Source of the DNA: an uncultured Clostridia bacterium
Lineage (GTDB): Bacteria; Bacillota; Clostridia; Christensenellales; Aristaeellaceae
Direction of reading: 5' to 3'
NCBI GenBank assembly: GCA_934647235.1
Contig: CAKUFG010000009.1
Span: forward strand, 6,315-38,314
DNA length: 32,000 nt
The notes under the pieces are model-generated. The model ran no database searches, had not been told where the DNA came from, and worked only from the letters and a program-made list of their open reading frames with translations. The first letter of the stretch is position 1. The number at the start of each line of letters is the position of its first letter. This document shows, one piece after another, positions 18,888-26,810 of the stretch. A program made the position numbers and the translations under genes.

Positions 18888-20430
18888 CTTCCCGCACCTC
18901 CTGTCTCTTGGCGCCGGCCATGTACAGGCCCAGCTCCTCTACCGTGGTGGTTTTGGGGTCCAGCTCGCCCACGATTTCGCCCTCGTACATCACCAGGATC
19001 CGGTCGCTCACGTCCATCACCTCGTCCAGCTCCAGCGAAACCAGCAGCACGGCCTTGCCCGCATCGCGCTGCTCGACGATCTTCTTGTGGATATACTCAA
19101 TCGCGCCCACATCCAGGCCGCGGGTAGGCTGCACGGCGATAAGGAGCTTGGGATCGCGGTCAATTTCGCGCGCGACGATGGCCTTTTGCTGGTTGCCGCC
19201 GGACATGCTGCGCGCCATGGTGACAGGGCCCTGACCCGAGCGGATGTCATACTGCTCGATCAGCTGCTCGGCATAGCCGCGGATCTGCTTGCGGCGAAGG
19301 AAGCCGAACTGCGTAAAATCGCTTTCAAAATAGCGCTGCAGCACGATGTCGTCCTCCAGGCTGTAATCCAGCACCAGGCCGTGCTTGTGGCGATCCTCCG
19401 GAATATGGCTGACGCCGTCCTTGCTGCGCTTGCGGATGGAGGCGTGGGTGATGTCGTCCCCCATCAGGGTGATCTTGCCGCCCGCCAGCGGCTCCAGGCC
19501 CGTCAGGCCGTAAACCAGCTCGGTCTGGCCGTTGCCGTCGATGCCGGCGATGCACACAATTTCGCCCTCGCGCACGTCAAAGGATACATTGCGAACGGCG
19601 TTGTTCTTGTGCAGCTTGGAGGCAACCGTCATGTTTTCCACCTTCAGGATCACCTTGCCGGGCGTTTTAGGCTGCTTTTCCACATGGAAATTGACGCTGC
19701 GGCCCACCATCATGGCGGACAGCTGCTCCATGGAGGTTTCGGCGGTGTTGACCGTGCCGATATACTTGCCCTTGCGCAGCACGGTGCAGCGATCGGCAAC
19801 GGCCATGATTTCGGCCAGCTTATGGGAAATGAACAGGATGGACTTGCCCTCCTGCGTCAGGTTGCGCATGATCTGCATCAGCTCGTCGATCTCGTGCGGG
19901 GTAAGCACGGCGGTGGGCTCGTCGAAGATCAGGATATCGTTATCGCGGTAGAGCATCTTGAGAATTTCGGTTCTCTGCTGCATGCCCACGGTGATGTCCT
20001 CAATCTTCGCGTCCAGATCGACGTGCAGGCCGTAACGCTCGCTCAGGGCGTTCACCTTTTCGCGGGCCTCGGCCTTATTGAGGAAGCCGAATTTGCACGG
20101 CTCCGCGCCCAGGATGATATTATCCAGCACCGTAAAGCACTCCACCAGCTTGAAATGCTGATGCACCATGCCGATGCCCAGGGCGTTGGCGTCGTTGGGG
20201 TCGCGGATCACCACGTCCTTGCCATTGACGCGAATTTTGCCCTCCTCCGGCTGATACAGGCCGAAAAGCACGCTCATCAGCGTGGATTTGCCTGCGCCGT
20301 TCTCGCCCAAAAGCGCGTGAATTTCACCCTTGCGCAATTGCATGGTGATATCGTCGTTTGCGATGATGCCCGGAAATCGCTTGGTGATATGCAGCATTTC
20401 TACGGCGTATTCGTTCCCGTAATTCTCCAA
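18877..20430 (-). CDS. ABC transporter ATP-binding protein with duplicated ATPase domains (YufO/NupO/RbsA-like)
   Basis: 517 aa with Walker A GENGAGKST and a degenerate second P-loop GIDGNGQTE, plus signature-like MSGGNQQK. The start is TTG at 20430 after AGGGAGGG; an internal ATG (MLHITKRF) is an alternative. Confidence 0.92.
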   Translation of the reverse strand: MENYGNEYAVEMLHITKRFPGIIANDDITMQLRKGEIHALLGENGAGKSTLMSVLFGLYQPEEGKIRVNGKDVVIRDPNDANALGIGMVHQHFKLVECFTVLDNIILGAEPCKFGFLNKAEAREKVNALSERYGLHVDLDAKIEDITVGMQQRTEILKMLYRDNDILIFDEPTAVLTPHEIDELMQIMRNLTQEGKSILFISHKLAEIMAVADRCTVLRKGKYIGTVNTAETSMEQLSAMMVGRSVNFHVEKQPKTPGKVILKVENMTVASKLHKNNAVRNVSFDVREGEIVCIAGIDGNGQTELVYGLTGLEPLAGGKITLMGDDITHASIRKRSKDGVSHIPEDRHKHGLVLDYSLEDDIVLQRYFESDFTQFGFLRRKQIRGYAEQLIEQYDIRSGQGPVTMARSMSGGNQQKAIVAREIDRDPKLLIAVQPTRGLDVGAIEYIHKKIVEQRDAGKAVLLVSLELDEVMDVSDRILVMYEGEIVGELDPKTTTVEELGLYMAGAKRQEVREGAK

Positions 20431-20475
20431 GGAATTTGTCCCTCCCTTACGCGGCCGGTTCGCCTGGCACGGCCC

Positions 20476-20549
20476 TTGACAAAAACCCCCGCTTCTTTTC
20501 CGGGAGCAGGGGCTTTTGTCAAAGGCCGGGGAGATTGCCTCTCCCCGGC
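20476..20549 (-). promoter_or_regulatory. Two intercistronic stem-loops between the SBP gene and the ATPase gene
   Basis: Hairpin A (20476..20522) pairs TTGACAAAAACCCCCGCT with AGCAGGGGCTTTTGTCAA. Hairpin B (20525..20549) is GCCGGGGAGA-TTGC-CTCTCCCCGGC. On the minus strand hairpin A ends in a T-run. Confidence 0.5.
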
Positions 20550-20559
20550 GATGATGGTA

Positions 20560-21657
20560 TTACTTGACGTTGCCGTAGTAGGTAACGGTCAGGGCCACTT
20601 CGGGCTCCACCTCGGTGGCGTTGGACACGGTGATGTCGCCAGCGAACATCTTGGCAACCAGCGCAGCGTAATCCTCGGCGGTGAAGCCTTCGGCGTACTG
20701 GGTGGAAGCGGGGATGCCCACGTAGTTAGCGTCCAAATCGGTGCCGGAAACCAGACCCAGAGTTTCCACCTTGCCGCCGTAGTTGGCGAAGTTGCCAGCC
20801 TTGATCTCAGTCAGCAGGGTGTTGACGGTGGCGGCCAGACCCTTCATAGCGGAGGTCACGGTCATGCCCTCGCCATAAGCGTCGATGATGCCAGCCTGGT
20901 CCACGTCCACGCCGATGACCTTGGCGTTTACCTTGGCAGCCGCTTCAGCAGCGGAGCTGTAGATGCCGCCGCCGCAGGCGAACACGGCCTGCACGCCCAG
21001 GGTCTGATACCAGTTGTCCATGTAAGCGGTGATGTCGGCGTCGCCGTAGAACTGACCGCCGTACACATATTCAACGGTAACTTCCTTTTCCTTGCCCAGC
21101 TCAACGGCAGCGGCGTTGCAGCCCTGCACGAAGCCGTAGCCATAGCGGACGACAGCGGGAACCGCCATGCCGCCCAGGAAGCCCAGATGGGTGTAGCCCA
21201 GCTTCACAGCGGCATAGCCGGCCATGTAGCCGCACAGCTCTTCCTGATACACAGCGCAGTACACGTTGGACGCCAGTTCAACGCCGCCCAGGTCGCCCTC
21301 GGACACGTCCAGCGCCACGAACTTGATATCGGAGTAGTCGTTCTGCACTTCGGCGATGGTGCCGCCAAAGGCATAACCGGGCATTACGATCACGTTGTAG
21401 CCTTCTTCAGCGGCCTTTTCGACCATGGCCACGCGCTCGGCAGTGGAGTCGCCAGCGGGCTTGAAGTAGGTGAAATCAACGCCGTTCTCTTCCGCCCACT
21501 TCTTGCAGGCTTCGTAGGTAGTCTGGTTGAAGGACTGGTCGGTGATATCGCCGTAGTCGGTGATCATCGCCACGCGCATCGCGTCTTCAGCGGACGCGAC
21601 AGAAACCATCGCCAGAACCATGACGAGCGCCAGGATCATTGCCAGGAACTTTTTCAT
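20560..21657 (-). CDS. BMP-family (Med/PnrA-like) ABC substrate-binding protein, nucleoside-type
   Basis: 365 aa with a signal peptide (MKKFLAMILALVMVLAMVSVASA) and the BMP pattern ...MITDYGDITDQSFNQ.... First gene of the operon. Confidence 0.9.
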   Translation of the reverse strand: MKKFLAMILALVMVLAMVSVASAEDAMRVAMITDYGDITDQSFNQTTYEACKKWAEENGVDFTYFKPAGDSTAERVAMVEKAAEEGYNVIVMPGYAFGGTIAEVQNDYSDIKFVALDVSEGDLGGVELASNVYCAVYQEELCGYMAGYAAVKLGYTHLGFLGGMAVPAVVRYGYGFVQGCNAAAVELGKEKEVTVEYVYGGQFYGDADITAYMDNWYQTLGVQAVFACGGGIYSSAAEAAAKVNAKVIGVDVDQAGIIDAYGEGMTVTSAMKGLAATVNTLLTEIKAGNFANYGGKVETLGLVSGTDLDANYVGIPASTQYAEGFTAEDYAALVAKMFAGDITVSNATEVEPEVALTVTYYGNVK

Positions 21658-21711
21658 GAGTTGAGCCTCCTATGAAAATATCAAACGACGCGAACACGCC
21701 ATTCGTTTACA

Positions 21712-21740
21712 AGTATAACAAATGAACGGGATTTTTTCAA
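21712..21740 (-). promoter_or_regulatory. Sigma-A type promoter for the BMP ABC operon
   Basis: The minus strand reads TTGAAA (21735..21740), a 17-nt spacer ending in TGT, then TATACT (21712..21717). Confidence 0.5.
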
Positions 21741-21781
21741 TATCTATCGCCAAAATCCAAAAAATTTTTCACCCTTTTGGC

Positions 21782-21831
21782 AAAAAAAGCGAATGTACGC
21801 CGTCTTTTTCGCGGCATACATTCGCTTTTTG
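21782..21831 (-). terminator. Rho-independent terminator after the 21846..22514 gene (usable from both strands)
   Basis: AGCGAATGTACGCCG (21788..21802) pairs with CGGCATACATTCGCT (21812..21826) with one mismatch. An A-run lies on the left and a T-run on the right. Confidence 0.7.
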
Positions 21832-21845
21832 AGTCATTATGTTTT

Positions 21846-22514
21846 TTATCGCCGTACCAGCTGCTTCATCTTGGGCGTTATATAGGCTACGATTGCATCC
21901 AGCTCCTCGCGTTCCGGATACAGCGTCATAAACCGGAATCCCGCCGGGCGGTACAGATCGATGCGGCAGGCGCGCTTGTTCACCTCGTAGCGGCACACAT
22001 CCTCCCACAGGATATGCGCTTCCCCTATGAGCATGCGCGCGTTGCCCTCGTTATCCTTGGCGATGTTATAGCTTTCGTAGGGCAGAAAACGGGCGTAGCA
22101 GCGAATCCGTCCCGGTTCGATCCACTTTTGCAGATGCGCGCCGCTTTTATCCAGCACGTAGTGCATTTCTTCCCGTCCCTGCAGGCCCAGGCAAAGCAGG
22201 ATGATCACCGCGCCCAGGCCGAAGAACACCAGCGCCCAGGGCAGCATGCCGCTGCCCGTCAGCATGGTGAGGGCCATCTGCTTATCCTGCGCCACCAGCA
22301 ATTCACCGATAAAGCAAAACAGGATCAGCAGAATTTCCGCCAGCGCCAGCACCTTCAGCGCGCCCCAGATGCTGCGGGCGTCCCCCAGGGGCACGCGGAT
22401 GGCGCGCCACTTGAAGCGCTCGTTGCTGGACAGGGCGGTAATGGGCTGGCCGCAATGCTCGCAGATGGGCGTCAGGCTGTCCTTTTTGCACTTTTTGCAG
22501 TAGAAAACATGCAT
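21846..22514 (-). CDS. Hypothetical membrane protein with N-terminal zinc ribbon
   Basis: 222 aa with CKKCKKDSLTPICEHCG (CxxC-x9-CxxC) and two predicted TM helices. No family is recognised. Confidence 0.6.
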   Translation of the reverse strand: MHVFYCKKCKKDSLTPICEHCGQPITALSSNERFKWRAIRVPLGDARSIWGALKVLALAEILLILFCFIGELLVAQDKQMALTMLTGSGMLPWALVFFGLGAVIILLCLGLQGREEMHYVLDKSGAHLQKWIEPGRIRCYARFLPYESYNIAKDNEGNARMLIGEAHILWEDVCRYEVNKRACRIDLYRPAGFRFMTLYPEREELDAIVAYITPKMKQLVRR

Positions 22515-22548
22515 GCGCCCACCTTCCTTTCAATGCGGAATTTTGATT

Positions 22549-22557
22549 ATTATAGCA
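22549..22557 (-). promoter_or_regulatory. Extended -10 element upstream of the 21846..22514 gene
   Basis: The minus strand reads TGCTATAAT about 35 nt upstream of the ATG at 22514. Confidence 0.35.
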
Positions 22558-22574
22558 CAGGCCTGCCTGCGCTT

Positions 22575-23057
22575 TCAAGCGCCGCGGAACAGCTGGGCAT
22601 GGGGCTTGAGCGCGCGCAGCAGCACATAGCCCAGCAGCCCCGCCGATACCACCTCGCTGGCAAAGATCAGCCCCACCAGCGCGGGATAGGTGCTGGATAC
22701 GTCGGTATACACATACCGCAGGATCAGCGGCACGGCAATGGTATTGGCAATGATATTGGGCCAGGGCGCAAGCCACCAACTTTTCTTATGCAGAAGCCTG
22801 GCAATATATGCGCCGATCAGCGTAGCCAGGGAGCCAAAAACAACATCCCACAGCGGGCAGCCCGTCAGGATATTGGCCAGCACGCAGCCAACGGTCAGGC
22901 CGGGCACAGCCGCGCCGGTAAAATAGGGCAGGATGCACAGCGCCTCGGAAAAGCGCACTTCCCACAGGCCCGCCATGTTGCTCAGGTAGGTCAGGGCGAC
23001 GTACATGGCGGCGATCAGCGCGGCCTGCACAAGGTAGAGGGTGGTCTTCTTTTTCAT
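22575..23057 (-). CDS. queT: Queuosine-precursor transporter QueT (ECF-type S component)
   Basis: 160 aa, about five TM segments. MKKKTTLYLVQAALIAAMYVALTYL...FSEALCILPYFTGAAVPGLTVGCVLANIL matches my memory of the QueT/DUF988 family. Confidence 0.8.
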   Translation of the reverse strand: MKKKTTLYLVQAALIAAMYVALTYLSNMAGLWEVRFSEALCILPYFTGAAVPGLTVGCVLANILTGCPLWDVVFGSLATLIGAYIARLLHKKSWWLAPWPNIIANTIAVPLILRYVYTDVSSTYPALVGLIFASEVVSAGLLGYVLLRALKPHAQLFRGA

Positions 23058-23180
23058 TTTTCAATTGCTCCTTAGTTTTGATTTATGAGCAAGGACGGCA
23101 ATTGACGCAGCGGGAGGGCGCAGGATTTTTGCGCAGTGCAGGAAGCCGACGCGCAGGCGTACTGGAGGTACGTCAAGCGG
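23058..23180 (-). promoter_or_regulatory. Structured queT leader with an SD-sequestering helix; candidate preQ1-responsive riboswitch, class unresolved
   Basis: The RNA reads 5'-UCAAUUGC-CG-UCCUU-[17-nt A-rich loop GCUCAUAAAUCAAAACU]-AAGGA-GCAAUUGA-3'. This is 23061..23073 pairing with 23091..23105 and ends 3 nt before the AUG. The AAGGAG Shine-Dalgarno is fully paired. The tail AUAAAUCAAAACUAAGGAG resembles the A-rich tail of preQ1-I aptamers. Confidence 0.3.
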
Positions 23181-23505
23181 AAAGCGACGCAGCAATGCGT
23201 GAAAAGCCCAGCCAAAACGCTGTGGATATTGCCGGAATTGCTCAAGGTGAGGAGGATTTCGAACTCACCGGGACGACGAAAATTTTTGTTGGGATAGCTC
23301 GTCCGCCGCGCGGGCATACTGGCTGTGGACGCAATGAGCGCATTCGCCTGATCGCGCGACAGATCGTACAGCCAGGCCCTCCCATGGGGACGGCGGACGC
23401 TGTCATGCACCGCGCGCACCACGCGCATCCCGCCGGGCAGTCTCGCGCGCGAGGGGCTGCCGCGTCCGCCTTTTCCATTTTCTATATGAAAGGAAGGATT
23501 TTTCC

Positions 23506-23676
23506 ATGAGCCATCCCGAATGGAATCAGTGCATCGAGTGCAGCGTCGTATCCTGCAAGCATCACAATGACCACGGCCATTGCAGCCTGGACAAGATCAA
23601 GGTGGAGCCCACCCCCATGGCCTACACCGGCGAAGCGGCCGATGAAAGCATGTGCGGCAACTACAACTGCAAGTAA
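23506..23676 (+). CDS. Small Cys/His-rich DUF1540-like protein (56 aa), not in the supplied ORF track
   Basis: The ATG at 23506, preceded by GAAAGGAAGG, translates MSHPEWNQCIECSVVSCKHHNDHGHCSLDKIKVEPTPMAYTGEAADESMCGNYNCK. This is the DUF1540 pattern (C-x-V-x-x-C-x-H...C...I.V ... C..F/Y.C). A strong terminator follows. Confidence 0.65.
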   Translation: MSHPEWNQCIECSVVSCKHHNDHGHCSLDKIKVEPTPMAYTGEAADESMCGNYNCK

Positions 23677-23690
23677 TTCCAGGAATCAAG

Positions 23691-23722
23691 AGGCTTTGGA
23701 GGTTCGCTCCAAAGCCTTTTTT
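23691..23722 (+). terminator. Rho-independent terminator of the DUF1540 ORF
   Basis: AGGCTTTGGAG-GTTCG-CTCCAAAGCCT is a perfect 11-bp stem followed by a run of six T residues (TTTTTT). Confidence 0.8.
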
Positions 23723-23746
23723 GAATGTCGGCAAAGCCGCCATCCA

Positions 23747-23870
23747 CCGCGAAAAATGATAAAGCATTTTTCGCGGGCTGCAGATTTTCTTGTGAGCCTG
23801 CGGCTCACGGGCAGAAAATCTGATAGGAATGAAAATTTCCTTTCGGAGGGAACCTCCTTCGGAAATTTTC
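23747..23870. repeat. Cluster of three consecutive long hairpins with GAAAAT/ATTTTC-type stems
   Basis: H1 (23747..23776) is CCGCGAAAAATG-ATAAAG-CATTTTTCGCGG. H2 (23781..23822) pairs CAGATTTTCT with AGAAAATCTG, with inner stem GTGAGCC-TGC-GGCTCAC. H3 (23831..23870) pairs GAAAATTTCC with GGAAATTTTC, with inner stem GGAGG-GAA-CCTCC. Confidence 0.45.
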
Positions 23871-23952
23871 TCCTCGCGCCGTACACGCCGCCGCTGCGAA
23901 TTCAGAATACGCAGGATGGCGAAAGCAATGAAGGCTCTGCAAACCCAGAGCG

Positions 23953-26376
23953 TTATTTCAGATGCCAGATCTTCTCGTTATACTCGCGGATGGTGCGGTC
24001 GGAGGAGAAAATGCCGGACTTGGCCGTGTTGATCACCGCCATACGCAGCCACTTGTCGCGATCCTGATAATCGTCGTTCACGCGGCGCTGGGCCATGGAG
24101 TAGCTGCCAAAGTCCTTGAGGACGAAGTAGCGGTCGTCAAAGAGCATATCATGATACAGCGCCTGCAGGGCGGCGGGGTTCTCCGTCATCAGCGTACCGT
24201 CGATCATCTGCGTCAGCGCGCGGCGGATTTCAGCGTTGTTTTCAAAAATCGTCATGGGGTTATAGCCGCCCGCGCTTTCCAGCGCCGCCACGGTATCGGC
24301 GCGCATGCCGAAGATGTAGATATTCTCCGCGCCCACCTGATCGTAGATTTCCACGTTCGCGCCGTCCATGGTGCCGATGGTGACAGCGCCGTTCATCATG
24401 AACTTCATGTTGCCGGTGCCGCTGGCCTCCTTGCCGGCGGTGGAAAGCTGCTCGGACAGGTCGGTAGCGGGCATGATGGCCTCGGCTGCGGACACATCGT
24501 AGTTTTCCACAAAGACAATGCGCAGCATGCGGCTGGCACGGGGATTATGGTTGATCATCCTGCTCAGCGCCAGAATATAGCGGATGATCAGCTTGGCCTT
24601 GTAGTAGCCGGGGCTGGCCTTGGCGGCAAAGATGAACACGCGCGGGGTCATGGTGAAGTTGGGATCGTCCATGATGCGGTTATACAGCACATGGATATGC
24701 AGGGCGTTGAGCATCTGACGCTTATACTCGTGCAGGCGCTTGCACTGCGAATCGAACATAAAGCTCTCGTCCACCTCCATATCCTGCCGCATGGACAGCA
24801 TATGGTTGAACTGATGCTTGTTGAACTGCTTCACCTGGTCGAACTTTTCGCGGAAGGCCTTATCCTCCGCAAAGGGCAGCAGCTCCTCCAGGCGCTCGGG
24901 TTCACGATACCATTTTTCACCGATGGCCTCGTTGATCAGCTCGCGCAGGCGGGTATTGCATGCCATCAGCCAGCGGCGATGGGTGATACCGTTGGTGATA
25001 TAGGTGAACTTTTCAGGTGTCAGGGTATAATAGTCATGGAAGGTATCGTTTTTGAGGATCTCGCCGTGCAGGCAGCTGACGCCATTGACCGCGTAGCTCA
25101 TGGCTACGCACAGATTGGCCATGTGCACCTGATCATACGCCAGGATGGCCATATGGGCGATGCGGTCCCAATCGCCGGGGAAAGCATTCCACAGGCGCTG
25201 GCACAGGCGGCGGTTCATTTCCTCCAGGATCATATAGATGCGGGGCAGCTGCTCGCGCACCATCTGCTGCGGCCAGCGCTCCAGCGCCTCGCTCATGACG
25301 GTATGGTTGGTATAGGCAACCGTCTTGCTGACAATGGCCTGCGCCTCATCCCAGCCCAGGCCCTCCTGATCCATCAGCAGGCGCATCAGCTCCGGAATGG
25401 CCAGGCCCGGATGGGTATCGTTGATCTGGATGGCAATCTTTTCAGGCAGCAGGTTGAAGCGCGTGCCGAAGCGGCGCTTGAAATCCTTGATTGCATACTG
25501 CAGCGACGCGCTGGTAAAGAAATAATGCTGGGTCAGGCGCAGCTTTTTGCCCTCGTAATGGTTATCCTCGGGATAGAGCACCTTGCTGATCACCGCGGCC
25601 ATATCGGACTCGAGCGCCTTTTCGTAATTACCGGCAGAGAACGCGCCAAAGTCCAGATTATTGTGCGGGCTGCGCGCGCTCCACATGCGCAGGGTATTGA
25701 CGGTATCGCAATCATAACCGGCGATAGGCATATCATAGGGCACAGCCAGCACGGTCTGATAATTCCTGGTGACAAAGTTGGTGCGGCCGTTTTCCTGCAC
25801 GGGCTCTACATAGCCGCCGAAGTGCACCTCCATCGTATCCTCAGGATCGGGCACCTCCCAGATATTGCCGTTATCCAGCCAGTTATCGGGCACCTCTACC
25901 TGCTGGCCATCCACAATGCGCTGGCGGAACAGGCCGTATTCATAGCGGATGGTGCAGCCCATAGCAGGCAGCTCAAGCGAAGCCAGGCTATCCATAAAGC
26001 ACGCGGCCAGACGCCCCAGGCCGCCGTTGCCCAGGCCCGGTTCAGGCTCCTCGCGGATGACATGGCGCCAGTTGATGCCCAGCTCCATCAGCGCGTCGCG
26101 CACGTTTTTCATCGTGCACAGGTTGACGGCGTTGCAGTGCATGCTGCGCCCGGTCAGGAACTCCACCGACAGGTAATACAGGCGCTTGCCCATATAGGTT
26201 TTATCGCGTTCGCGCGCGGCCACCCACTTTTCCATGATCTGATCGCGGATGGTAGAGGCCACGGCGTAATAGATCTGCTGCGGGGTCGCGTCCGCAAGGG
26301 TGCGGCCGTTATAGCGCTGGATCTTGCCGATAATGGATTGCTTGATGGATTCCTTATCAAACGATGCGTGTGCCAT
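23953..26376 (-). CDS. glgP: Glycogen/maltodextrin (alpha-glucan) phosphorylase
   Basis: 807 aa with the PLP-lysine motif EASGTGNMKFMMNGA. The start is set at ATG 26376 (MAHASFDKESIKQSI...), preceded by GGAGGA. The ORF-track start at 26535 is an extension. Confidence 0.95.
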   Translation of the reverse strand: MAHASFDKESIKQSIIGKIQRYNGRTLADATPQQIYYAVASTIRDQIMEKWVAARERDKTYMGKRLYYLSVEFLTGRSMHCNAVNLCTMKNVRDALMELGINWRHVIREEPEPGLGNGGLGRLAACFMDSLASLELPAMGCTIRYEYGLFRQRIVDGQQVEVPDNWLDNGNIWEVPDPEDTMEVHFGGYVEPVQENGRTNFVTRNYQTVLAVPYDMPIAGYDCDTVNTLRMWSARSPHNNLDFGAFSAGNYEKALESDMAAVISKVLYPEDNHYEGKKLRLTQHYFFTSASLQYAIKDFKRRFGTRFNLLPEKIAIQINDTHPGLAIPELMRLLMDQEGLGWDEAQAIVSKTVAYTNHTVMSEALERWPQQMVREQLPRIYMILEEMNRRLCQRLWNAFPGDWDRIAHMAILAYDQVHMANLCVAMSYAVNGVSCLHGEILKNDTFHDYYTLTPEKFTYITNGITHRRWLMACNTRLRELINEAIGEKWYREPERLEELLPFAEDKAFREKFDQVKQFNKHQFNHMLSMRQDMEVDESFMFDSQCKRLHEYKRQMLNALHIHVLYNRIMDDPNFTMTPRVFIFAAKASPGYYKAKLIIRYILALSRMINHNPRASRMLRIVFVENYDVSAAEAIMPATDLSEQLSTAGKEASGTGNMKFMMNGAVTIGTMDGANVEIYDQVGAENIYIFGMRADTVAALESAGGYNPMTIFENNAEIRRALTQMIDGTLMTENPAALQALYHDMLFDDRYFVLKDFGSYSMAQRRVNDDYQDRDKWLRMAVINTAKSGIFSSDRTIREYNEKIWHLK

Positions 26377-26484
26377 GCAATTCCTCCAGGCTGCGCCAGG
26401 GCAGCGAAAAATGGCGGACGCGCACGCGGCGATCAGCCTGCGGCAATACGTCCGGGGAAGGGCAAGCGTGCGCTTGCTTCTTCT

Positions 26485-26493
26485 ATTATAGCA
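26485..26493 (-). promoter_or_regulatory. Extended -10 promoter element for glgP
   Basis: The minus strand reads TGCTATAAT about 110 nt upstream of the glgP ATG. The leader begins with the near-palindrome GCAAGCG-CA-CGCTTGC (26462..26477). Confidence 0.45.
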
Positions 26494-26772
26494 TAGTTTT
26501 CCCGCGCCATAAATAGCCATTTCGGTCAATATCATGTCTGAATCAACATAAAATGCGCCATTTCGACGTATTTTTTGATTTGCGGCGCAGTCAGCGGCGC
26601 GGCGCGGCGCTTTTGCGTCAATTATGGTTGCTCATCAATTCATTTATATTATTTTATGGTTCTCTACTGTCAGTAGAATGGCTCATTTTCTCTCTACGCG
26701 CCATAGAATGCACTTTCCACGTTTCGTAGGGCGCAGCTTTCCTTGCCGGTAGAATCAGAATAACCCGTTATG

Positions 26773-26781
26773 TGCTATGAT
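26773..26781 (+). promoter_or_regulatory. Extended -10 promoter element for the SGNH hydrolase gene
   Basis: TGCTATGAT lies about 30 nt upstream of the ATG at 26811. RBS is AGGAGG at 26796..26801. Confidence 0.4.
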
Positions 26782-26810
26782 GGCTGCATCGTATCAGGAG
26801 GTTTTTCAGG

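Noticed and set aside
23058-23110. Calling the queT leader a canonical class I preQ1 riboswitch.
   Set aside because: The A-rich tail and CUAAGG resemble preQ1-I. However, there is no 5-bp P1 stem whose 3' strand precedes the tail, because no GAGC(A) lies upstream to pair with (U)GCUC. The class is left open.
23246-23269. TTCGAA-containing hairpin (GGTGAG-GAGGATTTCGAA-CTCACC), considered as a tRNA T-arm.
   Set aside because: Stem and loop geometry do not fit a 5-bp stem with a 7-nt T-loop on either strand, and no acceptor or anticodon arms can be built around it.
23470-23490. CATTTTCTA upstream of the DUF1540 ORF, considered as a sigma-K type -10 (CATA-N3-TA).
   Set aside because: There is one mismatch in the core and no AC element at the expected -35 distance. 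This is too weak to call from sequence alone.
26596-26610. Tandem GGCGC x3 with flanking GC-rich sequence, considered as a terminator or micro-repeat array.
   Set aside because: The arms are direct repeats rather than complementary, so there is no hairpin. Three 5-mers is trivial low-complexity sequence, not a CRISPR or a meaningful tandem repeat.
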